Below, piece after piece: positions 19,422 to 29,955 of a stretch of DNA of 64,000 bases; position 1 is the stretch's first letter, and every line of letters starts with the position of its first letter. The notes beneath the pieces were generated by a model that worked only from the letters and a program-made list of their open reading frames with translations, was not told where the DNA came from and searched no databases. The position numbers and the translations under genes are program-made. This DNA is from an uncultured Clostridia bacterium (GTDB taxonomy: Bacteria > Bacillota > Clostridia > TANB77 > CAG-465). The stretch is taken from positions 187 through 64,186 of the forward strand of contig CAOYAN010000009.1 in the NCBI GenBank assembly GCA_948562205.1. Direction: 5' to 3'.

Positions 19422-20282
19422 ATGGACTATACAGAAAATAATAAAAATAAAAAACTATCTATGAGAAATGATTATGTATTTAAGAGAATATTTACTAAAA
19501 AAGGTAATGAAGATTTCTTAAAAGAGTTTTTATCTAACTTGTTAAAAATAGATATAAAAAAGATAGAAGTAGAACATGATATAGCACTAGAGAAAGAACT
19601 AAAAGATGAAAAACTAGGAGTGCTTGATGTAAAAGCAGTACTAAATGATAATATGGAAATAGATATAGAGTTACAAATAGAAAATGAACATAATATAATA
19701 GAGAGAAGTACATTTTATGGAACAAGGCTTATATCATCACAATTAGAGTCAGGACAAGATTATTTAAATATAAAGCCATCAATAGTAATATCGATACTAA
19801 ATTTTAATGTATTTGAATATGAAGAATATATAAATAGTACAGTAACAGTATTAGACAAACATAGGGAACGTGAAGTAAATAAATACTTAAAGTATTATTA
19901 TATAGAGTTACCAAAATTTAGAAAAAGAAAAATAGATGAAAAAGATAAAGTATCAGATTGGCTAGCATTTATAGATAGTAAAGATGAAAAAAGGATTGGT
20001 GAAGTAATGGAAAGAAATGAAAATGTTAAAAAGGCAAATGAAGAATTAGAATATTTGTCAGGAGATGCTGCAGAAAGAAGAAAAGCAGAGCTTAGAGAAA
20101 AGTATAAAAAAGATATTACTTCAGCAAGAGAGCATGGCATTAGAATAGGCGAGGAAAAAGGTAAAATAGAAAGAAATTATGAAATAGTAAAGGCTATGCT
20201 AAAAAAGAAAATGAATATAGAAGATATTATAGAAATTACTGATTTAACTAAGGAAGAAATTGATAAAATTTGTGAAAAATAA
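19422..20282 (+). CDS. Rpn-family recombination-promoting nuclease / putative transposase (PD-(D/E)XK)
   Basis: N-terminal DYVFKRIF, then LDV...IDIELQ nuclease core; start uncertain. Confidence 0.7.
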   Translation: MDYTENNKNKKLSMRNDYVFKRIFTKKGNEDFLKEFLSNLLKIDIKKIEVEHDIALEKELKDEKLGVLDVKAVLNDNMEIDIELQIENEHNIIERSTFYGTRLISSQLESGQDYLNIKPSIVISILNFNVFEYEEYINSTVTVLDKHREREVNKYLKYYYIELPKFRKRKIDEKDKVSDWLAFIDSKDEKRIGEVMERNENVKKANEELEYLSGDAAERRKAELREKYKKDITSAREHGIRIGEEKGKIERNYEIVKAMLKKKMNIEDIIEITDLTKEEIDKICEK

Positions 20283-20401
20283 AGACATATTTTTATTATT
20301 AGTTCCTATACAAATTTATATTAAATATGATAAATTCATTTTATGTGGATTTATCATATTTTTTCCATTTTTTCTTTTATTCTAAAATTTATTTATAATT
20401 C

Positions 20402-20430
20402 TTGACAAACAAATGTTTAGAGTGTATAAT
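20402..20430 (+). promoter_or_regulatory. consensus sigma-A promoter (lies inside the track ORF's N-terminal extension)
   Basis: TTGACA, 17 nt, TATAAT. Confidence 0.55.
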
Positions 20431-20455
20431 TATATCGAAATTTATGGTGAATAAT

Positions 20456-21301
20456 ATGAAAGTAAAAGAAATAACTGTAAAAGATTATCTAACAAAATCT
20501 AATTTACCAACTATAGATTATGTTATTAATCCATATGTTGGTTGTCCACATGGATGTAAATATTGTTATGCAAGTTTTATGAAAAGGTTTACTGGACATG
20601 ATGAAGAATGGGGAACTTTTATAGATATAAAAAGATGTGATAAAAAAATTGATGTAAAAAAGTTAGAAAATAAAAGTCTTTTTATATCTTCTGTTACAGA
20701 TTGTTATAATGAATATGAAGAAAAGTATGAGATTACAAGAGATATTTTAAAACAATTTATTGATGTTAATGTTGATATAACTATTTCTACAAAATCAAAA
20801 CTCATTTTAAGAGATTTAGATATTTTGAAAAAATTAAAAAAACTTACTGTATCTATGTCTATAAATACGTTAGATGAAAAATTTAGAAGTGATATGGACA
20901 GTGGTAGTAGTATAGAAGATAGATTAAATACTCTTAAGATATTACATGAAAATGGTATCTATGTTGTAATTTTCATGTCTCCTATATTTCCATATGTAAC
21001 TAATTTTAAAAGTATTATAGAAAAAAGTAGAGACTTTGTAGATGAATATTATTTTGAAAACTTAAATCTTAGAGGAAGTTATAAAAATAAAATTCTAAAT
21101 TACATATACAAAAATTATCCTACTATTTATAATGAATATATAAAAATATATTATAGAAATGATAAAAATTACTGGATAAATTTATCAAAAGAAATAGAAA
21201 AATACTGTTTTGATAATAATATAAAATATAGAAATTATTTCTATCATGAAAAATTAGTAAATAAGAAAAAAGCAAATAATGGAGGAAGTAGAAATGAATG
21301 A
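20456..21301 (+). CDS. radical SAM protein, SplB/DNA-photolyase-like
   Basis: [10 protein letters not shown] (CxxxCxxC); GGTGA RBS before the ATG at 20456; overlaps uvrA by 8 nt. Confidence 0.78.
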   Translation: MKVKEITVKDYLTKSNLPTIDYVINPYVGCPHGCKYCYASFMKRFTGHDEEWGTFIDIKRCDKKIDVKKLENKSLFISSVTDCYNEYEEKYEITRDILKQFIDVNVDITISTKSKLILRDLDILKKLKKLTVSMSINTLDEKFRSDMDSGSSIEDRLNTLKILHENGIYVVIFMSPIFPYVTNFKSIIEKSRDFVDEYYFENLNLRGSYKNKILNYIYKNYPTIYNEYIKIYYRNDKNYWINLSKEIEKYCFDNNIKYRNYFYHEKLVNKKKANNGGSRNE

Positions 21302-24134
21302 TAAATTAATTATTAAAAATGCAAAAGAGAACAATTTAAAAAATATTGATTTAGAAATACCAAGAGATAAACTTGTTGTATTTACTGGTCTTTCAGGTTC
21401 TGGCAAATCATCTCTTGCTTTCGATACTATTTATGCAGAAGGACAGAGAAGATATGTAGAATCTTTATCATCATATGCAAGACAATTTTTAGGACTTATG
21501 GAAAAGCCAGATGTAGAACTTATTGAAGGACTTTCACCAGCTATATCTATTGATCAAAAAACTACTTCTAAAAATCCTAGGTCTACAGTTGGAACAGTTA
21601 CAGAAATATATGATTATTTGAGACTTCTTTATGCAAGAGTTGGTGTTCCATATTGTCCAAATTGTGGAAAAAGAATTAAAAAACAAACAATAGATGAAAT
21701 AGTAGATCAAATACTAGAATATGAAGAAGGTACTAAAATACTTGTAATGGCACCAGTAATTCGTGGCAAAAAGGGAGAATATGTAAAACTTTTTGAGCAA
21801 ACTTTAAAGGATGGCTTTATAAGAGTTAGAGTGGACTCAGAAGTGTATGATTTATCTGATGGAATTCCAGAGCTTGATAAACAAAAAAAGCATAATATTG
21901 AAATAATTGTAGACAGACTTGTTGTATCAAGCAATATTAGGCAAAGACTTGCAGATTCAGTAGAGCTTGCATCAAATCATGCAAATAATCTAGTACTTGT
22001 AGCAAAAGTTGGAGCAGATGAGCAACTATTTAGTCAAAATTATGCATGCCCTGATTGTGGAATAAATATAGAAGAGTTAACACCTAGAATGTTTTCATTT
22101 AATAGCCCTTTTGGTGCATGTCCTGATTGTACTGGACTTGGAGAACTTTTAAAAATAGATGTTGATAAAATTATGCCAGATAAAGAAAAAAAATTAAATG
22201 ATTATATGGCTATTAGGGGATGGTCTGGCGCAGGTAGTATTGTAGATACTATAAGTAATATGTATATAACTGGTCTATGTAAGCATTATGGAATTGATCC
22301 AAATACAAAATTAAAAGATTTACCTAAAGATTTTATGAATGTATTACTTTATGGAAGTAATGGAGAAAAGATTAAATTTGAACATATAACTAAAACTTTA
22401 AAAAGAGACTTTGAGTCTGAGTTTGAGGGTGTTGTACATACTTTAGAGAGAAGATTTGCTGAAACAAAATCTGCGGGTATGAAGACTTATTATGAGCAAT
22501 TTATGAGTACAAGTCATTGTGATTTATGTGATGGAGCAAGACTTAAAAGAGAAGCTTTGTCAGTAAAAATTGGTGGTTTAAATATTCATGAGTTATGTAA
22601 TAGAAATGTTAAAGCTATAAAAGAGTTTATAAATCAAGTGTATGAAACTAAAATGTCACAAAAAAATAAAATGATTGCAGAACAAATTGTAAAAGAATTA
22701 AATAGTAGATTACAGTTTTTAATAGATGTTGGACTTTCATATTTAACACTTTCAAGAAGTGCAGGGACTTTGTCTGGTGGTGAGTCTCAAAGGATTAGAC
22801 TTGCAACACAAATAGGCTCAGGACTTACAGGAGTATTATACATATTAGATGAGCCAAGTATTGGACTTCATCAAAGAGATAATGAAAAACTACTTAATTC
22901 TCTTAAAAAAATGAGAGATTTAGGTAATACATTAATAGTGGTTGAGCATGACGAAGATACAATGAATGAGGCAGACTATATTGTGGACATTGGACCAGGA
23001 GCTGGTGTACATGGTGGAAATGTAGTATTTTCTGGTACTCCAAAAGAAATCCTTAATTGTGAAGAATCAATTACTGGTAAATATCTAAGTGGTAAATTAA
23101 AAATAGAGGTACCTAAAAAAAGAAGAAAAGCAGAAAATGGATATATAGAAGTAAAAGGTGCAAGAGAACATAATTTAAAAAATATAAATGTAAAATTTCC
23201 AATAGGACTATTTACTTGTGTTACAGGTGTATCTGGAAGTGGTAAGTCTACACTTGTAAATGAAATATTATACAAAACTCTTGCAGGAAAAATAAATCGT
23301 GCAATTACAAAACCTGGCAAGCATCAAAAAATACTTGGAATAGAAAATATTGATAAGGTTATAAATATTGATCAGTCTCCAATTGGTAGAACTCCTAGAT
23401 CAAATCCTGCTACATATACAGGAATGTTTGATGCAATAAGAGATATTTTTGCATCAACAAATGAAGCTAAACTTAGAGGTTATCAAAAGGGAAGATTTAG
23501 TTTTAATGTTCCAGGTGGTAGATGTGAGGCTTGTTCTGGTGATGGAATTATAAAAATTGAAATGCACTTTTTACCTGATGTATACGTTCCTTGTGAGATA
23601 TGTAAAGGAAAAAGATATGCAAGAGAGACTTTAGAAGTAAAATATAAGGGAAAGAGTATTAGCGATGTACTTGATATGACAGTAGAAGAGGGATTAGAGT
23701 TCTTTAAAAATATTCCTACAATTAAAAATAAATTACAAACACTTATGGATGTAGGACTTGGATATATTAAGCTTGGTCAACCATCTACAACTCTATCAGG
23801 TGGAGAAGCCCAAAGAATAAAACTTGCAACAGAGCTTTCTAAAAGGGCTACTGGTAAAACAGTATATATACTAGATGAGCCAACAACTGGACTACATATG
23901 GATGATGTAGCAAAGCTTATAAAAATACTTCAAAGACTAACTGATGCAAATAATACATTAGTTGTTATTGAACATAATTTAGATGTTATAAAATCGGCAG
24001 ATTATATTGTTGATTTAGGACCTGAGGGTGGAGATAATGGTGGTACAATTGTAGCTACTGGTACACCTGAAAAAATATCAAAATGTGAAGAAAGCTATAC
24101 TGGTAAATTCTTAAAAAAAGTATTAAATAAATAA
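21294..24134 (+). CDS. uvrA: excinuclease ABC subunit A
   Basis: Two ABC modules ([25 protein letters not shown] x2) and zinc-finger cysteines. Confidence 0.97.
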   Translation: MNDKLIIKNAKENNLKNIDLEIPRDKLVVFTGLSGSGKSSLAFDTIYAEGQRRYVESLSSYARQFLGLMEKPDVELIEGLSPAISIDQKTTSKNPRSTVGTVTEIYDYLRLLYARVGVPYCPNCGKRIKKQTIDEIVDQILEYEEGTKILVMAPVIRGKKGEYVKLFEQTLKDGFIRVRVDSEVYDLSDGIPELDKQKKHNIEIIVDRLVVSSNIRQRLADSVELASNHANNLVLVAKVGADEQLFSQNYACPDCGINIEELTPRMFSFNSPFGACPDCTGLGELLKIDVDKIMPDKEKKLNDYMAIRGWSGAGSIVDTISNMYITGLCKHYGIDPNTKLKDLPKDFMNVLLYGSNGEKIKFEHITKTLKRDFESEFEGVVHTLERRFAETKSAGMKTYYEQFMSTSHCDLCDGARLKREALSVKIGGLNIHELCNRNVKAIKEFINQVYETKMSQKNKMIAEQIVKELNSRLQFLIDVGLSYLTLSRSAGTLSGGESQRIRLATQIGSGLTGVLYILDEPSIGLHQRDNEKLLNSLKKMRDLGNTLIVVEHDEDTMNEADYIVDIGPGAGVHGGNVVFSGTPKEILNCEESITGKYLSGKLKIEVPKKRRKAENGYIEVKGAREHNLKNINVKFPIGLFTCVTGVSGSGKSTLVNEILYKTLAGKINRAITKPGKHQKILGIENIDKVINIDQSPIGRTPRSNPATYTGMFDAIRDIFASTNEAKLRGYQKGRFSFNVPGGRCEACSGDGIIKIEMHFLPDVYVPCEICKGKRYARETLEVKYKGKSISDVLDMTVEEGLEFFKNIPTIKNKLQTLMDVGLGYIKLGQPSTTLSGGEAQRIKLATELSKRATGKTVYILDEPTTGLHMDDVAKLIKILQRLTDANNTLVVIEHNLDVIKSADYIVDLGPEGGDNGGTIVATGTPEKISKCEESYTGKFLKKVLNK

Positions 24135-24158
24135 CAAGAGGGGGTTACCCTCTTGTTT
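24133..24158. terminator. GC-rich hairpin between convergent genes
   Basis: AACAAGAGGG pairs with CCCTCTTGTT. Confidence 0.5.
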
Positions 24159-24189
24159 CGTATGTATTATTATAAATGTGCTTATTTAA

Positions 24190-24351
24190 TTAGCAGCAAC
24201 AACAACAAAGAACGATTATGATTAATATGATCCATATACAGCAGTTTCCACCACCAAAGATTCCATTGTTGCATCCACATCCGTTACCACATCCGCAACC
24301 ATTGTTGCATCCGCATCCACAGCCACATCCGCATCTTTCATCCATCATCAT
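24190..24351 (-). CDS. unlisted 53-aa Cys/Gly-rich microprotein with a TM segment and a C-terminal CCCCC
   Basis: My translation: MMMDERCGCGCGCGCNNGCGCGNGCGCNNGIFGGGNCCIWIILIIIVLCCCCC. The RBS GAGAGGTGAAT abuts the ATG. Confidence 0.5.
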   Translation of the reverse strand: MMMDERCGCGCGCGCNNGCGCGNGCGCNNGIFGGGNCCIWIILIIIVLCCCCC

Positions 24352-24370
24352 ATTCACCTCTCTTTTTATA

Positions 24371-24499
24371 TTATGAACTTTCTAACTCAAAAAAAGTATC
24401 GAAGTTCAATGGTGTAGATGAATTATCTTTATTACTATTACAACCAAAAAGTATAGCTAAAAGTAAAAGTAACCATATAATTGAGTTGTCTTTGCACAT
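24371..24499 (-). CDS. unlisted 42-aa microprotein with a hydrophobic segment and a lipobox-like LFGC
   Basis: My translation: MCKDNSIIWLLLLLAILFGCNSNKDNSSTPLNFDTFFELESS. RBS AAGGAG; ends 19 nt before the next micro-ORF. Confidence 0.4.
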   Translation of the reverse strand: MCKDNSIIWLLLLLAILFGCNSNKDNSSTPLNFDTFFELESS

Positions 24500-24651
24500 A
24501 TATAACACTCCTTTGAACTAGTTAACTATTTGTTAACTAATATACTATATTCCAATTTTTAATCTTTGTTACATTTGTTTTGAAAAATATTTATTAAATT
24601 TTTAAACTAAAAAGTGATATAAAAAGTTTATGAATAAATGTCAAAATAAAG

Positions 24652-24680
24652 TTGACATAAGTAAGAAAGAGTGATATAAT
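24652..24680 (+). promoter_or_regulatory. consensus sigma-A promoter
   Basis: TTGACA, 17 nt, TATAAT. Confidence 0.6.
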
Positions 24681-24753
24681 GTATGCGAAACTTTTAAATG
24701 TATGCTAGTAATTTCTAGCAAAACGTCTATTATTAAATTTAAGGAGGACATGT

Positions 24754-26538
24754 ATGGACGGAAAGATAACAGTTAGAAAGATTGCAGTAAGTATTGGTAC
24801 TGTAATAGCATTTTTTATATTGCGGTATTTATTTCTGCCTGCAACATCATTTAACTATTTTGACTCTGTAGCTTTTTATGGATTTTTCCTTACACTTGCT
24901 ATTGCATCTTGTTTAAGTTATCTTTTTGATGATGATAAAGGATGGATAGCTTTTGGATGGACTATATTAGCTGGTGTAGTAATTATATTTCTTATATGGG
25001 CAGTTACGTCTGTTGTTTCATGGAGCGCTTTTAGAGCAGATGACTATTATACACAGCTCGGAGAAGTAGAAAAAAAGACATATGTTGATGAAATTACACC
25101 AATTGATTTGTCACAGGTACCATATGTCGATGAAGAATATGCAAGAATTCTTGGTGAGAAGACTTTGGGTCAGGAACCTGATTTGGGCTCTAGAGTAAAA
25201 ATTGGTGATTTCGCAATGCAGGAAGTCGCAGGAAAACTTGTGCTTGTTGCACCGCTTGAGCATATTTCACTTGGAAAATGGTGGAGAAATCAGGAAGGAA
25301 CACCAGGATATATTGTGGTATCTGCTTCAAATTCTGAAGACATTAAACTTGTAACTGAACTTGATGGAAAACCACTTAAGATCAAATATCAGATGGGTGC
25401 TTTCTTATCAGATTACTTACCTCGCCATATCAGAAATGAAGGGTATTGGAACACTGATCTTACAGAGTATACTTTTGAGATTGATCATAGTGGAAAACCT
25501 TACTGGGTTGTTACAACTTACAAGAATACAATTGGTTTTGGTGCACCTGAAGCTACTGGAACAGTTGTTGTTGATGCACAGTCAGGAGAAACTGAGTGGT
25601 ATTCTATTGAGGATACACCAGACTGGGTAGACATTATTCAGCCCAAATCTTTTATTGCAAAGCAAATTAAAGGCTGGGGCAAATATGTTCATGGTTGGCT
25701 TAATCCAGATGATAAGGACAGAGTAAAAGCAACTGATGGTATGGATACTATTTATAACGAGGGAAATTGTTATTATTACACTGGTATCACAAGCTACAGT
25801 TCAGACACTTCTACCAATGGTTTTATTCTTATTAACACAAGAACTAAAGAGGCTGTTAAGTATAACTTGGTTGGTGGACATGAGAATGCAGCTCAAGCCT
25901 CTGCTGAGGGAGAAGTACAGCATCTTGGATATACAGCAAGCTTTCCACTTCCTGTAAACTTAGATGGAGAGCCAACATATTTTATGGCTCTTAAAGATAA
26001 GGCAGGATATGTTAAGAAGTTTGCTTTTGTAAACATCAAGTATATTCAAACTGTTGCTGTTGGTGATAGTATTGGAGCTGCTAAAAATGCATATGTTGCT
26101 AAAATGAGTGCAAGCGGAAATAACATGGCATTCACAGACGATGCATTTGCTTCTGAAAAAGAAGGTACTATTGCAAGAATTGCATTTACAATGCTTGATG
26201 GTGGATCAACAGTATATATGTTTACACTTGAGGGCGAAAATGTAATTTACCAGATTTCACCAAATCTTTCAACTGAAGTAATTCTTACAGAAGCAGGGGA
26301 CAAAATCAAATTTGAGTGTGTTGATGACCAAAATGGGAACATCACGGTAACTAAATTTGAAAATCCAGCAGTATATGTAAGAAGAAGTGAGGCTCAAGAG
26401 AAGGTCGACGAGGAGGCTGCAAAAGTTACCAATGATCAGAATAAGGTAATTGATGTTAATCCTGAAGAAGATCAGAAAAAGTGGGACAGCTTAACCGACG
26501 AGGAGAAAGCAAAACTGCTTGAGGGTCTTGGAGAGTAA
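24754..26538 (+). CDS. membrane protein (3 N-terminal TM segments plus a large extracytoplasmic domain), compositionally foreign
   Basis: RBS AAGGAGG; markedly higher GC than its neighbours; no family recognised. Confidence 0.75.
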   Translation: MDGKITVRKIAVSIGTVIAFFILRYLFLPATSFNYFDSVAFYGFFLTLAIASCLSYLFDDDKGWIAFGWTILAGVVIIFLIWAVTSVVSWSAFRADDYYTQLGEVEKKTYVDEITPIDLSQVPYVDEEYARILGEKTLGQEPDLGSRVKIGDFAMQEVAGKLVLVAPLEHISLGKWWRNQEGTPGYIVVSASNSEDIKLVTELDGKPLKIKYQMGAFLSDYLPRHIRNEGYWNTDLTEYTFEIDHSGKPYWVVTTYKNTIGFGAPEATGTVVVDAQSGETEWYSIEDTPDWVDIIQPKSFIAKQIKGWGKYVHGWLNPDDKDRVKATDGMDTIYNEGNCYYYTGITSYSSDTSTNGFILINTRTKEAVKYNLVGGHENAAQASAEGEVQHLGYTASFPLPVNLDGEPTYFMALKDKAGYVKKFAFVNIKYIQTVAVGDSIGAAKNAYVAKMSASGNNMAFTDDAFASEKEGTIARIAFTMLDGGSTVYMFTLEGENVIYQISPNLSTEVILTEAGDKIKFECVDDQNGNITVTKFENPAVYVRRSEAQEKVDEEAAKVTNDQNKVIDVNPEEDQKKWDSLTDEEKAKLLEGLGE

Positions 26539-26546
26539 GAAACATG

Positions 26547-26573
26547 GAGAGGAGAACGGTATGTTCTCCTCTC
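26547..26573 (+). terminator. GC-rich 11-bp hairpin after the foreign gene (no U-tract)
   Basis: GAGAGGAGAAC pairs with GTTCTCCTCTC. Confidence 0.45.
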
Positions 26574-26688
26574 AAAATATTTAAAAAAGTTTTAAGATGT
26601 GTAATTTCTTAAACTTTTTTCTTTTTCTATTTATTGATTATGTATACTATATATGGTATAATATTTATATAGTTTAAGGAGAAAATTT

Positions 26689-27243
26689 ATGAAAAATAAA
26701 CTTTTTAATGTTATATTTCCAATATGGTTTTTAATTATATTTCCGATGTCTTGGATAATTGTACTACCAGCAAATTATATTATAGATTCAGTAATATTTT
26801 TATGCTCAATAAAAATACTTAAAATTTCTAATATAAAAGAGATGTATAAAAAATGTATTTTAAAAATATGGATAGTAGGTTTTGTTGCAGATATTATTGG
26901 TAGTGTTATATTATTAATACCACAGTTATTACCACAAAATGAGATTTTTGAAGATATAATAAGAGCAAGTATTGCAAATCCTTTTGATAATATAACAGGA
27001 TTTTTATTTGTTACATTTGCTTTTTTGTTATCAGCTGTAGTAATATATTTTCTAAACTTAAAATATACATTTAAAAAGGTTGATGTAGATAATAAAATAA
27101 AGGTAAAAATTGCAGTAATTCTAGCAGCTTTTACAGCTCCATATTTTTTCTTTTACCCAACTAATCCTAATTTTTTAAAATCTGAGGTAAATAGAGTAGA
27201 AGAACATATTATATGTGAGTATATTGATATGGAAAATATTTAG
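26689..27243 (+). CDS. polytopic membrane protein, unknown function
   Basis: RBS AAGGAG; 5 hydrophobic segments. Confidence 0.55.
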   Translation: MKNKLFNVIFPIWFLIIFPMSWIIVLPANYIIDSVIFLCSIKILKISNIKEMYKKCILKIWIVGFVADIIGSVILLIPQLLPQNEIFEDIIRASIANPFDNITGFLFVTFAFLLSAVVIYFLNLKYTFKKVDVDNKIKVKIAVILAAFTAPYFFFYPTNPNFLKSEVNRVEEHIICEYIDMENI

Positions 27244-27253
27244 AGGTAAAATA

Positions 27254-28621
27254 ATGAATAAAAATGATAGATATGATTTAGAAATAATAGATAGTGGTAT
27301 GAATTTTGAAGGAATTGCAAAGTATGATAATCAAGTAGTATTTATACCAGAGGCACTAAAAGGAGAGATTATAGATACTAAAATTATTAAGAAAAATAAG
27401 TCGTATAGTATTGGTAAAATTGAAAATATAAAGAAAAAAAGTATTTCAAGATGTGAGCCTTTTTGTGAAGTGTTTAAAAGATGTGGTGGATGTAGTAGTC
27501 AGCATATTGATTATAATGAGCAGTTAAAACTTAAAAAAGAAATTGTAGAAAATTCAGTAAAAAAACAAAATATATGTGTAGAAAAAATAAATAATACTAT
27601 TGGTATGGGAATTCCAATGTATTATAGGAATAAGGGACAATATCCAGTAAGAAGAGATAAAAACAATATTACTAAAATAGGATTTTATTCAAAAAGAAGT
27701 CATGATATAGTTGAAAATAAAATTTGCTATATTCAAGATAATGTTATAGATAGTGTAGCAAAAGCTACATTTGATATTTTATTAGAATATGGATTTATTG
27801 GATATAGTGATATAGAAAAAAATGGAGATATTAGACATATTATAATTAGACGCTCAAAAAATACAGATGAGATTATGGTAATAATTGTTGTAAATAACAA
27901 AGAGACTTTTAATTCAAAGAAATTTGTAAATATTGCCAAAAGGCTTAAAAGTAAATTTGATGATATAAAAAGTATATATTTAAATTTAAATAGTAGTAAT
28001 ACAAATGAAATTTTAGGGAAAGAAGAAAAAGTTATATTTGGAGAAAAATATATTTTTGACTTTATTGGAAATTATAAATATGCTATAAGTTCAAAATCTT
28101 TTTTTCAAGTAAATACAATGCAAGCTGAAGTATTATATGAGACTTTAAAACATGAGCTAGATTTAGATAAAGATGATATATTATTTGATTTATATAGTGG
28201 TGTTGGATCAATTGGTATATTTTTAAGTGATAGTGTATCAAAAGTTTATGGTATAGAAATTGAAAAACAAGCAGTGGAAATGGCAAATATAAACTTAAAG
28301 CAAAATAGTGTATTAAATGCAGAATATATCGCAGGGAGTGTTGAAGACAAAATAGTTGAGTTTAAGAAAAGAAAAATAGTACCAGATGTAATTGTTGTAG
28401 ATCCACCAAGAAGAGGGCTTGATGATGTAAGTATAAACTATATCATAGATTTTAAACCTAAAAAGATAGGGTATGTTAGTTGTGATTTTAAAACACTTGC
28501 AAGAGATCTTAAAATGTTATCTGAAAAATATGATATATTAAGTATTACACCAGTTGATATGTTTCCACAGACCAGTAGTATAGAGTGTGTAGCAGTGCTA
28601 CAACTAAAACGATACATGTAA
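27254..28621 (+). CDS. rlmD: 23S rRNA (uracil-5-)-methyltransferase, RumA/RlmD family
   Basis: TRAM-like N-terminus; Fe-S cysteines C..C......CGGC; SAM motif DLYSGVG; VDPPRRG; start moved to the ATG after GAGGT. Confidence 0.85.
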   Translation: MNKNDRYDLEIIDSGMNFEGIAKYDNQVVFIPEALKGEIIDTKIIKKNKSYSIGKIENIKKKSISRCEPFCEVFKRCGGCSSQHIDYNEQLKLKKEIVENSVKKQNICVEKINNTIGMGIPMYYRNKGQYPVRRDKNNITKIGFYSKRSHDIVENKICYIQDNVIDSVAKATFDILLEYGFIGYSDIEKNGDIRHIIIRRSKNTDEIMVIIVVNNKETFNSKKFVNIAKRLKSKFDDIKSIYLNLNSSNTNEILGKEEKVIFGEKYIFDFIGNYKYAISSKSFFQVNTMQAEVLYETLKHELDLDKDDILFDLYSGVGSIGIFLSDSVSKVYGIEIEKQAVEMANINLKQNSVLNAEYIAGSVEDKIVEFKKRKIVPDVIVVDPPRRGLDDVSINYIIDFKPKKIGYVSCDFKTLARDLKMLSEKYDILSITPVDMFPQTSSIECVAVLQLKRYM

Positions 28622-29232
28622 TACTTGATTTTGATATATTTTCAAAGATTATAGCTTTTGAATAAAAGTCAGATTTTGGAAAGAAAAACATCGAAATTTA
28701 GGTGTGAAAGTTAAAGTAGTTGCTTAAGTGATAAGTGGAAACACATAAACTGATTTTTATAAATTAAAGCGAAGATTTCGAAATACTGGAAAGCTTGCAA
28801 TTGTATATATGGTAAGCATAATAGATATAGGTTGTGTTGATTAGTAGATATAAGGCAAATATAGGTATTTAAAAAGTAAGAAAAAATTTATTAAAATTAG
28901 TTATAAAGAATCTTTATTAAATGGGTGTCAGTAGATATGTGCTGATGTCTATTTTTTGACTTATAAATTTATGTAGGTCAAAAATATTGAAAAATTAGCC
29001 CTATACATTTGTAATTCAATTCTAATCTACAATAAAAATAATATCAAGAGTAAATAAACTTACTATCATTCGCTCTTGACATTATTTCTATTGGAGATTT
29101 TGTAGCAATTAAGCAAATGTAAGGATAAATATGTTTACAAATATTGGCAAAACACTATGAAAAATTGTTAATTTGTGATATAAATTAGGAAGAAAGATTA
29201 AAAAATATAATTGTTTAAAGTAGGAGTAAGAA

Positions 29233-29667
29233 ATGAAAAGAGATAACATAGTAAGTAATATAGAGGAAAAAGACCTAGAACAATTACAACAAATATTAAA
29301 GAGTGTTTTTAATAATAATATAAGCTATGAAAAAATTAAAAATTTATATGAAATGACTAAAGATAATAAAGATATTCATATATTAGGCTATTATATAAAT
29401 GATAATTTAGTAGGAACAGTAACTTTAAATATCTTAACTTTGCCATCAGGAAAAGATGCAACTATATGGGATTTAGCAATAAGAGAAGAATATAGAAGAT
29501 TAGGAATTGCAACAAAACTAATGAATAAAGCAGAAGAAATAGCAAAACAAGAAGATATCTCAAGAATATGGTTATTTAGTGGATTTCATAGAAAATGTGC
29601 ACATGAATTATATAGAAAACTAGGATATGATGAAAATAGAGATAAAGCGTTTGTAAAACAAATATAA
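29233..29667 (+). CDS. GNAT-family N-acetyltransferase
   Basis: RRLGIATKLM acetyl-CoA motif; RBS TAGGAG. Confidence 0.8.
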   Translation: MKRDNIVSNIEEKDLEQLQQILKSVFNNNISYEKIKNLYEMTKDNKDIHILGYYINDNLVGTVTLNILTLPSGKDATIWDLAIREEYRRLGIATKLMNKAEEIAKQEDISRIWLFSGFHRKCAHELYRKLGYDENRDKAFVKQI

Positions 29668-29692
29668 TAAAAAGTAAGGAGAATGTAATTAA

Positions 29693-29893
29693 TTGAAAAT
29701 AGGAATAGATATATATCATACAATGGCAGATACATTTGACTATTTAATACCATATATAGCAGAATTTTTTGATGTAGATATAAAATATTTGAAAGATAAT
29801 AATATTTCATATAGTAATTTACCAAAGGAAATGAAAGAGCGAGAACTTGAATTTGTAAGAAAATATTATGATAAAGTTATATTCATAACATGA
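29693..29893 (+). pseudogene. possible truncated HAD/nucleotidase-like fragment
   Basis: The MKIGIDI.. N-terminus resembles HAD motif I, but the ORF stops after 66 aa; TTG start. Confidence 0.3.
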
Positions 29894-29955
29894 ATGGAGA
29901 AAAATTCACGAAAATTATAGAGAAAATAAAAATTTATTTTGAGAGGAGTAAAAAT

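Noticed and set aside
20402-20455. N-terminal 18-codon extension of the radical SAM ORF in the track
   Set aside because: The extension contains a perfect TTGACA-17-TATAAT promoter. The ATG at 20456 follows a GGTGA RBS.
25361-25957. Two same-strand nested ORFs (25361-25630 and 25736-25957) inside the 594-aa gene
   Set aside because: They are out-of-frame ORFs that stay open only because this segment is GC-richer, with fewer TAA/TAG/TGA codons. They have no RBS. I used them only as supporting evidence for the compositional anomaly.
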